From Macrostomum lignano (taxonomy: Eukaryota), in contig NIVC01000592.1 of assembly GCA_002269645.1 (NCBI GenBank), forward strand, positions 434,001 to 498,000: 64,000 nt of DNA, written 5' to 3'. A program made the position numbers and the translations under genes. This document shows, one piece after another, positions 13,162 to 26,420 of the stretch. Numbering within the stretch: position 1 is the stretch's first letter; every line of letters begins with the position of its first letter. The notes below the pieces were generated by a model. That model did not search any database and had not been told where the DNA came from. It saw only the letters and a list, made by a program, of their open reading frames with translations.

Positions 13162-14470
13162 ATGAGCACGGAAGCGAAGAGAGACCACCCAGATGTGACG
13201 CTGAAAGTGATTGGCGCTGCACCGTCACGCACTGGCACCACTTCGACAAAACGCGCCCTCGAGATGCTTCTTGGCGGGCGCTGCATGCACTTTAGCGATT
13301 TGGTATACCGACGGGATGAGCTCCCCATCTGGCTCGAGGCTACAAAGCGAGGCAGGCTGGAGAAGGTTTGCTAGATTAAGTAGACTTTTATTGTGTCATG
13401 ACCTGAAACAAGTGTGACATGGTATTGATTGTAACACAAGATTCAGTGAATTGCATTCTCTATCTCAACTGAGATATTTGTAGACTACAGTTAGCCGTGA
13501 ATTGTCCCAAAATGTTACCAACTTGCCGCAGACAGAGGCTGACCGCCTGTTAAGAGGCTGCACTGCCTGTCTCGACTTCCCAGCAGCGGCCTTCTATGAG
13601 GACCTGATGGAGCACTACCCGCACGCCAAGGTGCTGCTGACCATGCGGGACGAGTATTCTTGGGCTGCCAGCATCAGAGCCACCATCATGTACAGCATCA
13701 GGTGAATGAGACTTACTTTATGGTTTTTAGTCTAATTGATGCACAATTAATGAGTTAGCTAGTCATAAATTCAGGTAGCTTCAAGCTTCCAGGGTAGTCA
13801 AATCTGCTACTTACTTTAGCGTCTAAAAAACGAGATGATATTCGATATCGCGATATCTCGGGACCTATACACGATTGCTTTGATCTTAGCCACGAACAAC
13901 TCGTTCGAATTTCTATTTAAAAATGCATGCTTGCAACGCTTTGCACATTCAATCAAGATTGTTTCAATGTACTGAAGTAACTCATCCGTAGCGATCTTTG
14001 ATCCTCCTCCATTGACAAACTGCTGGCACTCCTGCTTTCGGATTGCACGCCTGATCGGATTCCGCAGAACCTTCGAAACTGCAATACCACGTTTTCTCCT
14101 GCGTCCATTGAACATGGAAAACGCCGGCCTGCTGATGCGGATCAACTTTGAGCTGGGCATGGGCGTGTCTCCGGACCCGAGCACCACCGACCAGGAGCTG
14201 GCAGACGCCTTGCTCAGGTATGCTCAGCGAGTTCGCGAGCGGGTGCCGCCCGACCGGCTGCTGGAGTTCCGAGCGAGCCAAGGCTGGCAGCCGCTCTGCC
14301 AGTTTCTGGGCGGCCTCGACCAGCCTAGCGAGGAATTCCCCAGGCTAAACGACACGAGGTACTTTAGATGCTGCATTCACGCCATCCGAGTGGTCAGCAC
14401 CGTCCTTGTGGCTGCGCCGGTCGCGGTTGCGGTGTCGGCCGTTGCTGTGGGACTCTGGCTTCTTCTGTGA
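13162..14470 (+). CDS. Sulfotransferase, Sulfotransfer_4 / schistosome SULT-OR-like, copy 1, with C-terminal hydrophobic tail
   Basis: Exons 13162-13365, 13532-13701, 14068-14470. Motifs LKVIGAAPSRTGTTS, RCMHF, DFPAAAFYEDLMEHYPHAKVLLTMRD, VPPDRLLEF..GWQPLCQFLG, FPRLND. Confidence 0.9.
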
Positions 14471-15680
14471 AGGCTTCACTCTTCAATGCGTGTGTAAATT
14501 CAGGCTGGAATGGAGCAACCGAGTAACTATCAGAATAAACAGATGCAATTGTAACCCTCATGGCAATCTCCTGGCAACAACATTTTCATTTTATTTTCGT
14601 TTTTCGTGTGTTGTGTCGTCTGTTTATACTATTCCTTTGAATTCTATCTCTATCCGAAATGGTTTTTATTTTTTGTCTTGGATTTCGTATTTCAAAGTAC
14701 TTATAATTCAATTTAACTATGGCTACATGTACTCGTAATTCAGAGTGTTTTATAACTTCGATTGTCATGTTTTACCTTAACCCTGTCGCTAGTTTTTCAA
14801 TACTCGATGTTATTTTATTACAATTACTGTAAGATATGCTCTATTATACGCTCTACATACGTGCCTATTTATGCCTGTTTTATCAGACACAAAGTGTTTT
14901 CGCGTCAGCAAGTATGTCATTTTTGTCAGAATTCTGATCAATTGTCTACATTGGAGTCCAAGGCCATTCTTCTAAACTGTTTTGTACATTGGTTAATACG
15001 CAGAATTTTTTATTTATGGCATTCTTATTGCTCAGCGTTGTTATAAGCACCAATAGTTATTTTACAATAAAAATCTATTGTACTACTGCAATTTATCCTT
15101 GCAGTTCTATTTATTGTATTACATGTATATTGAATATACTGTGTCTTTTTTGTGTTAACTATCGTTTACGGCAGTTCCTTGATGTTGTCAACACGAACAA
15201 CTGAAGTAGACTGAATTCGACGCTACAGTTAGGTTTTTTAGAAATGAGCAAGAGGCTGGTAAGAAGCGTGTTTTTTCGTATCGGTAGTGCATTCGGTATG
15301 CTCTCGATAATTCATAGCGCTGAATATTGTTTTGCCATAGAAAAGTTCGGCTAAGGAAAATTCATGCCAGAAAAAATCGATTTCTCGACAGCTGTTGCGC
15401 CAGCGATGCGACATACATGCGTCTCCATCTCATTTCTAAGAAAATCGTGTGTAGCCACCTACTTCAACATGCTTGACCATCAGATCGAGTCCCACTGTTC
15501 TGCACAGTAATGGATCTCCAAATCCTCTCCGGTGTTTTGATTATTGCCATGCCTAGCGAGGATTTTCTCCGATTATTTTCATTTGAAAAACTTATATGGC
15601 CAATTTACAGTAAACCTCATGTTAAAGGCTAAAATTCGTTAATTTTCAGCGAAGAAGCCTGAGGGGTGCATGCCACAGTA

Positions 15681-17044
15681 ATGGCCAAAGAAGCGAAGAG
15701 TGACCACTCCGATGTGACGCTGAAAGTGATTGGCGCCGCACCGTCACGCACCGGCGCCACTTCGATTAAGCGCGCCCTCGAGCTGCTTCTCGGCGGGCGC
15801 TGCATGCACTTTGGCGAGATGATGGGCCATCGCAGGGATGACATCGTAATTTGGCTCGAAGCTTCGAAACGCGGCAGACTGGAGAAGGTTTGCTCGGTCG
15901 GGTAGTGCCAGGAAGCTGTGGCAGTGTGCAGTGAGCGGTTGTAGACTGACCGAGCTGAGCGGTTCGTTTGGCATGGACTGGTTTGCAGATGTATCTCAGG
16001 TATCTGTCCTGGAGCCAGGCTAGCTGTAAATCAGCGAATTTCAACAGTTTAAAGCCTGCCTGTTTTAAGTTAGTTTCATTTATCACCCAATAGCAGCGGA
16101 TAAACCTCTTGCCAGTGCTTCATGCAATCGGTCCATTGAGTCTTGGCATGGTAGCTACCTGTTTGCGCAACTAGCGCGCATGAACGCCGAACCTTACGAA
16201 GAAGTGCACCTACGAAGGCCGTGCTCTACGCGATTTGTGCGAGTGCTCAGAATCAACTTAGTATGCACAACTGCTTGTTTCCTCGCTGTCCGTGAGACGA
16301 CTGTTTTCTTGATTTGCGGCAGTGCACACAAATTTACCGCCTGCCAACAAAAGCGAGCGTTGCTCTTCACCCAATCTTCCTTACAAGTACAGACGGAGGC
16401 TGACCGCCTGCTAAGAGGCTGCACTGCCTGTCTCGACTTCCCGGCTGCGGCCTTCAATGAGGACCTGATGGAGCACTACCCGCACGCCAAGGTGCTGCTG
16501 ACCATGCGGGACGAGTATTCCTGGGCTGCCGCCTGCCAGTGTCAGATCCACCATCATGTACAGCGTCCGGTGAGGCTCCTGTTATGGTCTGGAGCCTCAC
16601 GACGCCTTTAACGCTCTACACTCCCCTTCTACATGCATTTGCAGTACGTGGGACGAAATTCCGCGATTTCTCATCCGCCTGCTCAATGTCGAACAGGCCG
16701 GTCTGCTGATGCGCACCAGCTTTGAGCTGGGCATGGGCGTGTCTCCGGACCCGAGCACCACCGACCAGGAGCTGGCAGACGCCTTGCTCAGGTATGCTCA
16801 GCAAGTTCGCGAGCGGGTGCCGCCCGACCGGCTGCTGGAGTTCCGAGCGAGCCAAGGCTGGCAGCCGCTCTGCCAGTTTCTGGGCGGCCTCGACCAGCCT
16901 AGCGAGGAATTCCCCAGGCTAAACGACACGAGGTACTTTAGATGCTGCATTCACGCCATCCGAGTGGTCAGCACCGTCCTTGTGGCTGCACCGGTCGCGG
17001 TTGCGGTGTCGGCCGTTGCTGTGGGACTCTGGCTTCTTCTGTGA
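15681..17044 (+). pseudogene. Sulfotransferase copy 2, frameshifted in exon 2 (pseudogene or assembly error)
   Basis: Exons 15681-15887, 16393-16569, 16645-17044 at the same intron positions as copy 1. A 7-nt insertion (gcctgcc, ~16531-16537) relative to copy 1 breaks the frame. Confidence 0.75.
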
Positions 17045-17438
17045 AGGCTACCTATCAACTAAAGCATAACAACAGCTTAGCAACGGCGTAACGACAGTAG
17101 TGAAACATTATAACAATTTACAAATTATGAAAAGTTAACTACTCGTTAAGTATTTAACGCGTGGTTTTAGGAGTTTTTTAGCTATTAATGGGGGATTTCA
17201 CATCAGCAGTTTGACAATATATTCTTCATTGTAGCGATTTAAAACCAGCTAGCAAGTAACCGGATACCATGCATAGTGATAACTGTAGTAAATTTAATAA
17301 TTAATCTTATTGCTACTACTCATGCAATTACCATCGATGTCAACAGTCTCATATTGGTACCCTCGTACCATTGCGTGCTTGGTACTTCGCGCTTGTTATA
17401 TTAATAGTACTACGAGCTATATATAGTACATTATAGTA

Positions 17439-19726
17439 CACCATTTTACTCTCGCTTTTGAACAAACTCCGTTTCACTTTAGACAGTCGGAACTTCAGTT
17501 TAGACACTTTCAGACTGGAGCCCCGAATCTATATTCACTATCGACAAACTCCGTTTCAGTATCGACAACTAAGCTTTGTGGTGCTACACTTCTATCTAGT
17601 AAGTAAGGAAAAACATAGGCAAGTAAGGAAACGCACATCTAGATCTAGGCGAAACTCCCTTTCACTTTCGACAAACGCCACTTCTCCTTAAACAGTCTAT
17701 GGTCTAAGCTGCTGAAACTCCGTTTCACTTTAGTCAACCAACATTCAAGATAGACAAGATACATTCACTTTAGACATTAACTCACACGGGAGGTGTGCAA
17801 AAGTTTATTAAGCATGTTCATGGAAATTTCCAAGGATAAAAACTTTCATTGTAACAGAAGATGGCGTGCATGGAGGATTTTTTTATCAATAAACAGTTAG
17901 TTTGGCCGCTTAATTTAAAAGGCATTTGAGAATGCAGGACTTTCGAAAAATGTTTGTTTAACAGCGTCGTGATTAAAACGGCAAAGCCAGCAGAAGCGAA
18001 GCGATAGTTCAGCGATGGGTTCTGATTTCCATTAGCCATCAATTGGCTGAGACGCCAAGCATCGTGGCAGATACCTGAAGCAATGGCTGAGCCACCGTGC
18101 CACCTTCTCTGGAGTGATGCAGTCGGTGGTGCCGTCCACCTCACGGAGTAAAATGTCTCGGCGGTACGCCGCCAGGCTGCGACCAGCAAGCTGCTGCTCG
18201 GTCGGCCTGATGAAGGAATCTTGGATCGCCGACAGTCGACGCTTCAGAGCCGCCTTCCAGCATGATATCGCGTTCTCAACTGGGGTGAGAAATGGACTGT
18301 AGGGTGGCAGTCGTCTCACTTCCACAGCGTCTTCGACCTCGTAGCTTTCGGCGTCATTGTGGCTGCTGACGTTGTCTATGACAACACTGATGCTGCTGTC
18401 CGGAAACACGCTGTGGAAGTTGGCGATTGTGATTGTGATAAACTCGCCGAATCTCTCCTTTGTCATGCCGCTGTCGTATGACTGGAAGTGCACGATTCCA
18501 GCAGCTGGGCTTACTGCCAGGCAGACGGTGATGCGCTGTCCCTTCTGTCCAGAAACCTGTCGGTACATGCGCTGTCCACGAAGAGATCGTCCATAGGATC
18601 GCCGCATCCATGTGTTGAAGCCAAACTTGTCAATAAAGATCTTCTCTGTCAGATGCTTCGGGCGAGCACGTCCACTGAGCAAATTGCTCACGAGCGGCTA
18701 CAACCCTTGGCGAGTTGCGCTCAGCTGGAAGATCTCGTGCCAGCGTCGTTGTGAACAGTGCACCGTCGAGTTTTATGCTCAGTGTCTTTTCTGAGACATG
18801 CTGCTTCTCAGGAAAAGCTTGTCTGAGCATTGTGTTCATCTCTTTCAGAGTCAGCAATGGATTCTGCTCCACGATTACGCACAAATATTCTTGCATCTCA
18901 CCATCCCACTTCACGTTCTTGGCTCCGCCGCACGAAAGCTTCTCCACTCGTCCACTCCTCACAATGGAATATGCGGTCGTTCTCTTGATGCCAAGTTGAG
19001 AGGCCAGTAGGATAAAATCTTCGCCCTTCTGGTAAGCGGAGAGAAGTCGCTGCCTGTCATGATTGCTCACTGGCTGTCGCTGTTGCGCTGGAGCCTCCTC
19101 TTCAAAGTCACTTTCACTTTCGTCTTCGTAACCAGGCTCCTCTTCTAGGTACGAATCTTCACTGCCCTCCATCTTTTTCAGGGCTTGCTTTAGCGAATAT
19201 CTTTAGCGAATAGGCTTCAGTGTTTGGAGCGAAGGGAGAGTAGGCTGAGACTTTGGTTCGGAAGTTCGGAAGGTCTGGCCGGCGACCCTGCCACCCCACA
19301 CTGTTCAAAGGGGCGAAAAGGGTGTCTTAAAAGGTATCTATGGTCAAAACCCCTCTTTCAGCCAACACTAGGCGTAAACAAATGACGCATCTAAGAATCT
19401 GTCTAAAGTGAATGTATCTTGTCTATCTTGAATGTTGGTTGACTAAAGTGAAACGGAGTTTCAGCAGCTTAGACCATAGACTGTTTAAGGAGAAGTGGCG
19501 TTTGTCGAAAGTGAAAGGGAGTTTCGCCTAGATCTGGATGTGCGTTTCCTTACTTGCCTATGTAAATAGATAGAAGTGTAGCACCACAAAGCTTAGTTGT
19601 CGATACTGAAACGGAGTTTGTCGATAGTGAATGTAGATTCGGGGCTCCAGTCTAAAAGTGTCTAAACTGAAGTTCCGACTGTCTAAAGTGAAACGGAGTT
19701 TGTTCAAAAGCGAGGGTAAAATGGTG
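17439..19726 (-). mobile_element. IS630/Tc1/mariner-superfamily DNA transposon, full length, transposase split by a frameshift
   Basis: TIRs 17439-17776 and 19400-19726 (CACCATTTTAC...), TA on both sides. ORF 19172-18630 has the HTH region. ORF 18691-18032 has IFIDKFGF / VIDNVSSH / LPPYSPFLTPVE. Confidence 0.95.
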
Positions 19727-20219
19727 TAGTACGTTATTGGTAGTACTATAGACAGAGGTTAACTGCATGTACACACAAGAATACGATGGACTTCATACTC
19801 TATTGTCATACATAGGTTGGAGATTGTAACGCAGGTCTATCCACAAAAACATTTCTGCGCACTTGGATTAAAAATACTTCATATGTTTTGCCCTACAGTC
19901 TACAACAACACAATATACTGTTGACGGCTGTCTCCTGACCTCGCAATGAGGAGAAGCTTCTAATGAGGCAATTTCTTGTTGCCGAGCCAACTCGATCTTC
20001 TTGTAGAAGTGATCGATCACTGCACAAAAGCTAAAAGTTGGTGGAAGGAGAAATTCAGCTTCCAATCTTTTGACAATGTCTCAATTGCAAAGCTGACAGT
20101 TGCGTGGAACACACTGGGGTGCAATCCACAGCCGTCGGAGCTGCTGTACCGTGGGTGTACATATTTTTAGCTTAGTATACGAAATTATGATTAAGTGAAA
20201 TCTGTTTCAGTGTACATAT

Positions 20220-20435
20220 ACCAAACTCATCATAAACTGTACAGTATTCATGGCATATTGTACCAGACTCATCATTAACTGTACAGTATTCATGGCACAT
20301 TGTACCAGACTCATCATTAACTGTACAGTATTCATGGCATATTGTACCAGACTCATCATTAACTGTACAGTATTCATGGCACATTGTACCAGACTCATCA
20401 TTAACTGTACAGTATTCATGGCTACTCGTACTGTA
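20220..20435. repeat. 42-bp tandem repeat, ~5 copies
   Basis: Unit aactgtacagtattcatggcayattgtaccagactcatcatt. Confidence 0.95.
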
Positions 20436-21006
20436 CCAGATTCGGGACAAACTGTGCAATAATCTACCGTATTCCGTACGCCTTACACAAAGTAAGCCAC
20501 TGACAATTGGTTTTTTTATTTCAGTAATCGAGAAAAACACAATTCTTGAACCAATAGAATTGAACAGATTTTGCTCAAGTGACCGAATAATATTGACCTG
20601 TGATTAAAATCTACGAAAATCGTTTATTTTGACCGAAGAGTAAGGATCAATGTGTTTATAGCTACTATTAGAAGATCGAATGCATCCGAAAAGCAGATGT
20701 ATCCCATCTTGCTTCTGCTTTTTGCAACAGTAGCTGGCAGGGGCAATTAGTGCCAATTATTTAAGCGCCTGAAAGGAGCCCAAAGTGAACAAAACCTTTG
20801 GGAGGGAGCTTAGCGTCATTCAACAACAACAACAACAACAAAAATACGCTGTCAGTCCTTAAAGAAAACAGCATCACGGGGACGTGGACATTGTCATTCA
20901 AATGTGCTTTTGAGTTGTTTCTGTAAAACATTGCGTCATGCATTAAAAGAAACGTACAGGATTGAAAAATGTACATGATATCCGACGATTCCACACGCCA
21001 CAAGCA

Positions 21007-24000
21007 TCACACCATCGTCTTGGACTTCTCGATCCTGATGCGCCTGGTCAGGGCCAGCCAGCAGCCGGCTGTGGCCAGGTAGGCGCCTGCGGCCACCCAG
21101 GCTGTGATCACCGACCAGCCCAGGGAGGCGCTGCGGTGACTTGAGTTGCAGAACTGCAGTGGATGATAGGATAGTTGCGGCGTTCGTATCAGTTAATTTG
21201 CAGTATCCTGCTGCTGACTCCCGATTCCCAACAGTGTCTGTTTTGGACTGCTGACTCCCGATTCCCAGCAGCGTCTGTTTTGGGCTGCTGACTCCCGATT
21301 CCCAGCAGTGTCTGTTTTGGGCTGCTGACTCCCGATTCCCAGCAGTGTCTGTTTTGGACTGCTGACTCCCGATTCCCAACAGTGTCTGTTTTGGGCTGCT
21401 GACTCCCGATTCCCAGCAGTGTCTGTTTTGGGCTGCTGACTCCCGATTCCTAGCAGTGTCTGTTTTGGACTGCTGACTCCCGATTCCCAGCAGTGTCTGT
21501 TTTGGACTGCTGACTCCCGATTCCCAACAGTGTCTGTTTTGGGCTGCTGACTCCCGATTCCCAGCAGTGTCTGTTTTGGGCTGCTGACTCCCGATTCCCA
21601 ACAGTGTCTGTTTTGGGCTGCTGACTCCCGATTCCCAACAGTGTCTGTTTTGGGCTGCTGACTCCCGATTCCCAGCAGTGTCTGTTTTGGACTGCTGACT
21701 CCCGATTCCCAACAGTGTCTGTTTTGGACTGCTGACTCCCGATTCCCAACAGTGTCTGTTTTGTGCTGCTGACTCCCGATTCCCAACAGTGTCTGTCTTG
21801 GGCTGCTGACTCCCGATTCCTAGCAGTGTCTGTTCCGTCTGTCTGTCCACTTCCGTTCTTGAACAATGGAAGCATCTTGCTATTGTTCAACTGCTTCAAG
21901 AGCCGCTTCCTGCCTCATCTATTGCAACACCTTTTGTGCCATTCCTGCCTCATGCACAGGAAAAAACCTAAGTCAGTCTCTCTCTTCCCCCTTCATCAGC
22001 TCAGTCTGCATCTGTGGCAGCATCTGATGCTGCTGCAGCTGGTATCCTGTCTTCTCCGGTCGGAAATCGGATTGAATTTCTTCATCTAGAAGGAATTCTG
22101 ATTTGGCTGATGGAATGCATTCTGCTGTTGTCGCTCCTCACCCTGCTCCTGGATACCAATACCTTTAAGTCAACTCACCATACAGGCTGTCTCCTACCTG
22201 TAATTCTCTGCACTGCGCAGCATAAGCTATATCCTCTCCACACATCCCTGCCACACATGTCCATGGATGCCCTCCAATTTTTTGTCAAACTCTTTTGGCA
22301 TCCTTTTTCCGCGCTCTCAGCACTCGAGCTTTCCGATCTCCGCTCTCCAGCTCTACTCACCATTTCCGGAGTCTTGATTAGAGAGTAGCAAGCACACTGA
22401 GGACAGGCGTCGATCTGCGGCTTTTTAATCATCCTTGCCACCTTCTCGTGCTGTATGGAGTTGCTGAAGACGATGAATATGCCTGGAAAACAGCCCACGC
22501 AGTTTTGACTCATTACACAGGCACAGGTGCTATCAAAATTGAGGTGCAGAGCGGACTACGGACTTACCTGCTGTCAGGTTTAGCACGCTGGTTACCATGA
22601 TCGATGGTACAACCCTGGCCAGCAGGCCGATCGCTCCCGTTACCATGGACGCCGCTACGCATAGCAGCACTACGATGCAACACGCCATTGCATTGTTCTG
22701 CATCTCTGAAATTTGAATGCGTGCGGCGCCTCTGTGCCAAAGTCAACTTTATCAGCAAATATCCTAGCTGTACTATTTGATAGTGCTTCATTTTTGTGAA
22801 ACCGAAACTAGTTCTGCCTGAGTCAGACTTCACACCCTGCTCCATTCCACTCCATTCCTTTGACACCCACCTCACACCCTGCCCCATTCCACTCCTTCCT
22901 TTAGGACCCACTTCACACCCTGCCCCATTCCACTCCATTCCTCTGACACCCACCTCACACCCTGCCCCATTCCACTCCTTCCTTTGACACCCACCTCACA
23001 CCCTGCCCCATTCCACTCCTTCCTTTGACACCCACCTCACACCCTGCCTAATTCCCCTCCTTTTCTTTGACACCCACCTAATACCCTGCCCCATTCCCCT
23101 CCTTTCCCCTTCATTCTCCTTCTCGTTCTGTACATACTGCTGATGCAACGCTTTACTTACTCATAATTTGCGATTCAGATGAGTTCTCCGTCTTGTCCAG
23201 CAAATCCCGGATGCTGCTGTAACCCGATATGTAGCTGAAGCACGTATTGTTTCGAATTAGCATGCTGTATGTCGAGCAGTAGTCTGAGTAGTCCGAGTTT
23301 GTAGCGGCTGAAAGTACAGATTAGAGACCTCAATTTTCTCTTCTTCCTTCGCTTTAAAAGTGCATTTTCTTGTGTGCCCATTGTGTGACTCAGACTTGAA
23401 AGCTAATTGCCTAAAGAAAATCGGCTAGTACTGAAGTTTTTTAAATCAATCATTTCCGCTGCAAGCGACGATGCACCAACACCAGAATATTGAAAACCTG
23501 CTTGCCCCTTGCTTCCATAATGAAGTTGCTGAAACTAAGCACCTCGGGAGAATGATGGATCAACTGAGGTTGAGCACCTCGGGAGAATGATGGATCAACT
23601 GAGGTTGAGCACCTCGGGAGAATGATGGATCAACTGAGGTTGAGCACTTCAGCAGAATGAAGAAATAACTGATGAACCTCAAGAACATGAGTGAGCTTTG
23701 AGGAGAGCACCAGAAGCTCCTGTCTTCGACGCGTCCCACAAACCCACAGGCGGAGTTCACTCGGTCGCAGAGGCTCCACATGCTGGCGTAGACATTCAGC
23801 AGGCAGAAGCCGGTCGCGGTCCCATTGGCGGTGGAGTTGCCGGCGGGCAGCAGCACCAGCCCCGTCTGCTGTCCGGACTCAGAGAACAGCGGCCGGGGCT
23901 GCTGCCACTGGGTCGAGCCCGCCGCGGCCAGAGTCCGGTTCACCTGTCCGAAGTCGAAAGTCACGGACTCCCAGTAGGCGGTGCAGACGCTCAGCGCCAG

Positions 24001-24144
24001 CAGCAGGCAGCTGACGCCGCTGCAGCCAGCCGCGGCCACCGCCAGGCCGCAGACCTCGGCGCCGCCGCAGGCTCCAAAACTGGGCGTGGATTTTTTCCCC
24101 TTCCCGTCTTCTCCGGTCCGTAGCCCAATCGCTGACGAAGTCAT
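21007..24144 (-). CDS. Claudin/PMP22-family four-TM protein, 5 exons
   Basis: Exons 24144-23744, 23264-23161, 22705-22568, 22482-22361, 21153-21007. TM1 ends LSVCTAYW; ECL1 SMWSLC...CFSY; TM2/3 ACCIVVLLCVAASMVTGAIGLL..SIMVTSVLNLTAG; TM4 LGWSVITAWVAAGAYL; ends KTMV*. Confidence 0.8.
21211..21834. repeat. 37-bp minisatellite, ~17 copies, in claudin intron
   Basis: Unit ctgctgactcccgattcccarcagtgtctgttttggr. Confidence 0.97.
22830..23105. repeat. ~41-bp pyrimidine-rich tandem repeat, ~7 copies
   Basis: Unit cacaccctgccccattccactccttcctttgacacccacct. Confidence 0.9.
23539..23655. repeat. 35-bp tandem repeat, ~3 copies
   Basis: Unit gcacctcgggagaatgatggatcaactgaggttga. Confidence 0.9.
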
Positions 24145-25922
24145 GCCGCTTGCAGAGGCTGCTCAGCTGTGTCTGATCTCTCGAACTGAAAGATGTCGGA
24201 TGCTGGAGCAGTTTGAACCGGCTCGGCCGCTATACTGTCTATAGTGGCAGCGGTGGCAAGGCCTGCACGGAGCTCTGTAGCCGTCTGTTTTTAATGAGAT
24301 TCCCTCTGCCCCTCATCTCAGTCCCCCAAATCCTCCAGCTCCCGCACCGTCCCGACCCTCCAATCCGGCGCCTGTGGGCTGCTCAACTCCCACCGGGATA
24401 GGCCACCGGCTGGAAGGGCAGGGAAGGCAGCCCCCGGTCAGCAGCCCTCTGCCCCGGTGCGCTGTTTATGCTCACTCGCTCCCTCTCGCCTCGCCCAACG
24501 CTGCCCCCCCCCCCCCAGCAGACGGTCTCTCCAGCCTCCATCTGCGTCCCCAATTGCTGTTTTTGTCATCAGCTCCACACTCTGCATTTCCTCTCGGCCT
24601 TTTCCTAACCACTCCATTTTACCATTTCATCTCCGGCAGGCAGAGCAGCTCCCAGACCTCCATCAGTTGTGTTACCAGCGAGTTGCCTTGGCAACGGGGC
24701 TAAAATTACCCACGCAACTCTTGCGTGTGTGCATACCATCGCTTTATTTGTGGTATAATATTGAATATTTTGGTTTGAGATGCGATGAGATTGATGAGAT
24801 GTGACGAAATGAGACGCGATGAGTTGCATTAAGATGAGAGATTAGACGAAATTTAACTTTAAAAAGGTGAGCTTAGATAAGGACTTTCAGAGTGACAGGC
24901 AAGCGCATACTCCCATAGCTGTAGAGCAGTGCCTGAGCATTGCGTGGCCTGCTGCAAGTACAGCTCAGCTCAATAAGTGTTTTACCCGTCTCCCTCACCT
25001 CTCCAGTTCACAGGTCTGTAAATTCTCAAGCACCCCCTCTCTCTTCCGCACTGCACAGCTCTCAATAATTGTGAGCCAGCAAATCAAAGTGACTCAGCGC
25101 GAGACCACGGCCCGGTCTGAAACTACTGCAGACAGTTTGGCCTTGAAATTGGCCCACATCAGTCCGGCTCCGCTCAATGCATGGCTTTGGGAAGGCAAAC
25201 ATGCGTGCCCTCAGGGGGGGGGGGCGTTAGCTGCAGCCTGCGAGAGCTGAGCACGTGAAGCAGAAATAATCGATCCAGTTTTGGCCGCTTCGTGATTCAA
25301 CTTTCTCTGAGCATGCAGAGTGAGGGGGAGAGAGTAGAGCTGGGGGAGAGGAGTGGAAAAGTCTGCCTAGAGACTAATTGCATGGTTACCGCTCCCAGAG
25401 GAGTGCAGTACTGGAATTTCCCCCAGCCTGGTAACGCACTAATATGCGGCTAAAGCTTTACCGAATGCCCATAACTTCCCATTAGCTGCTATATGGTGAG
25501 AACTGTAATTAGTGCTTTTCATTTAATTAGGAGGCAAGCTGAGCAAAATTTAACAAACCTGATGCATTCTTCCTCCACCAATTATCATTTCAAAATCGCT
25601 CAAAATGCACGGGTTTAATTAAAATATGAATCGCGTATTAAATGCAGATGGAATGACGACTAATTGTGCGACTAATGAAGTCGGGTCTGCTCAGACTGGG
25701 ACTGTGTATTTAAAAAAAATTAATAACAGAAATAGGCATTGAAAACACGGGGGGGCATTGCGTTCTACTTGAGAGTAGCATGAAAAGAACATTGTGAACC
25801 GGTGTACTGTGTGCATTGGTTGGGCGCTGCATGCTTTCGATTTCGACCGAATTCACAACGGGCAAAATGTTAATAGAGAATTTCAATTTCACCAACAAGT
25901 GGAGGCAGCAAATATGAATTAT

Positions 25923-25923
<1 letters not shown>

Positions 25924-25958
<35 letters not shown>

Positions 25959-25990
25959 GTAATAACAATAATAATAATAGTAATAATACT
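25924..25990. repeat. (TAA)n microsatellite
   Basis: Direct reading. Confidence 0.95.
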
Positions 25991-26420
25991 GAATTGACTT
26001 CACAAAGTGCACCAGGCTACTCTGGCATATATTCGTATGGGAAATATCCTATTTTAAGTACAACAAGCACTTCAAGCTTCATGCAGTGTTCCGGATAAAG
26101 AGTTGGGGTGCAATTTGTGACGAGAAAATCACATCACACACTACTGGCCAATGCTTAGTACAAATAGTATGAGACGGTCATGAAAAAATCAACAACTTCT
26201 ACTCAAAGGCTGACAAGGCGAGTGAAGCGAATGAGTTTCAACCAACTGTATTCGAGATTCAGATAAAATCGCTGGCCGATATGTTTCGAAAGTATTGATA
26301 GTGAAGCTTTACAAAAAGCCGACTCATACTACTGAACCAGATGAACAGTAGTAGAACGTAAATGATTGTCTATAAAATGTGCGCGAATTGTTGCGCAATC
26401 ACCAATTGTTGGCGCCTCAT

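Noticed and set aside
19868-20065. Exon-like minus-strand segment FCAVIDHFYKKIELARQQ
   Set aside because: Isolated, with no partner exons or recognisable domain.
20936-21899. Long minus-strand repeat ORFs (304, 197, 149 aa)
   Set aside because: Frames of the 37-bp minisatellite inside a claudin intron.
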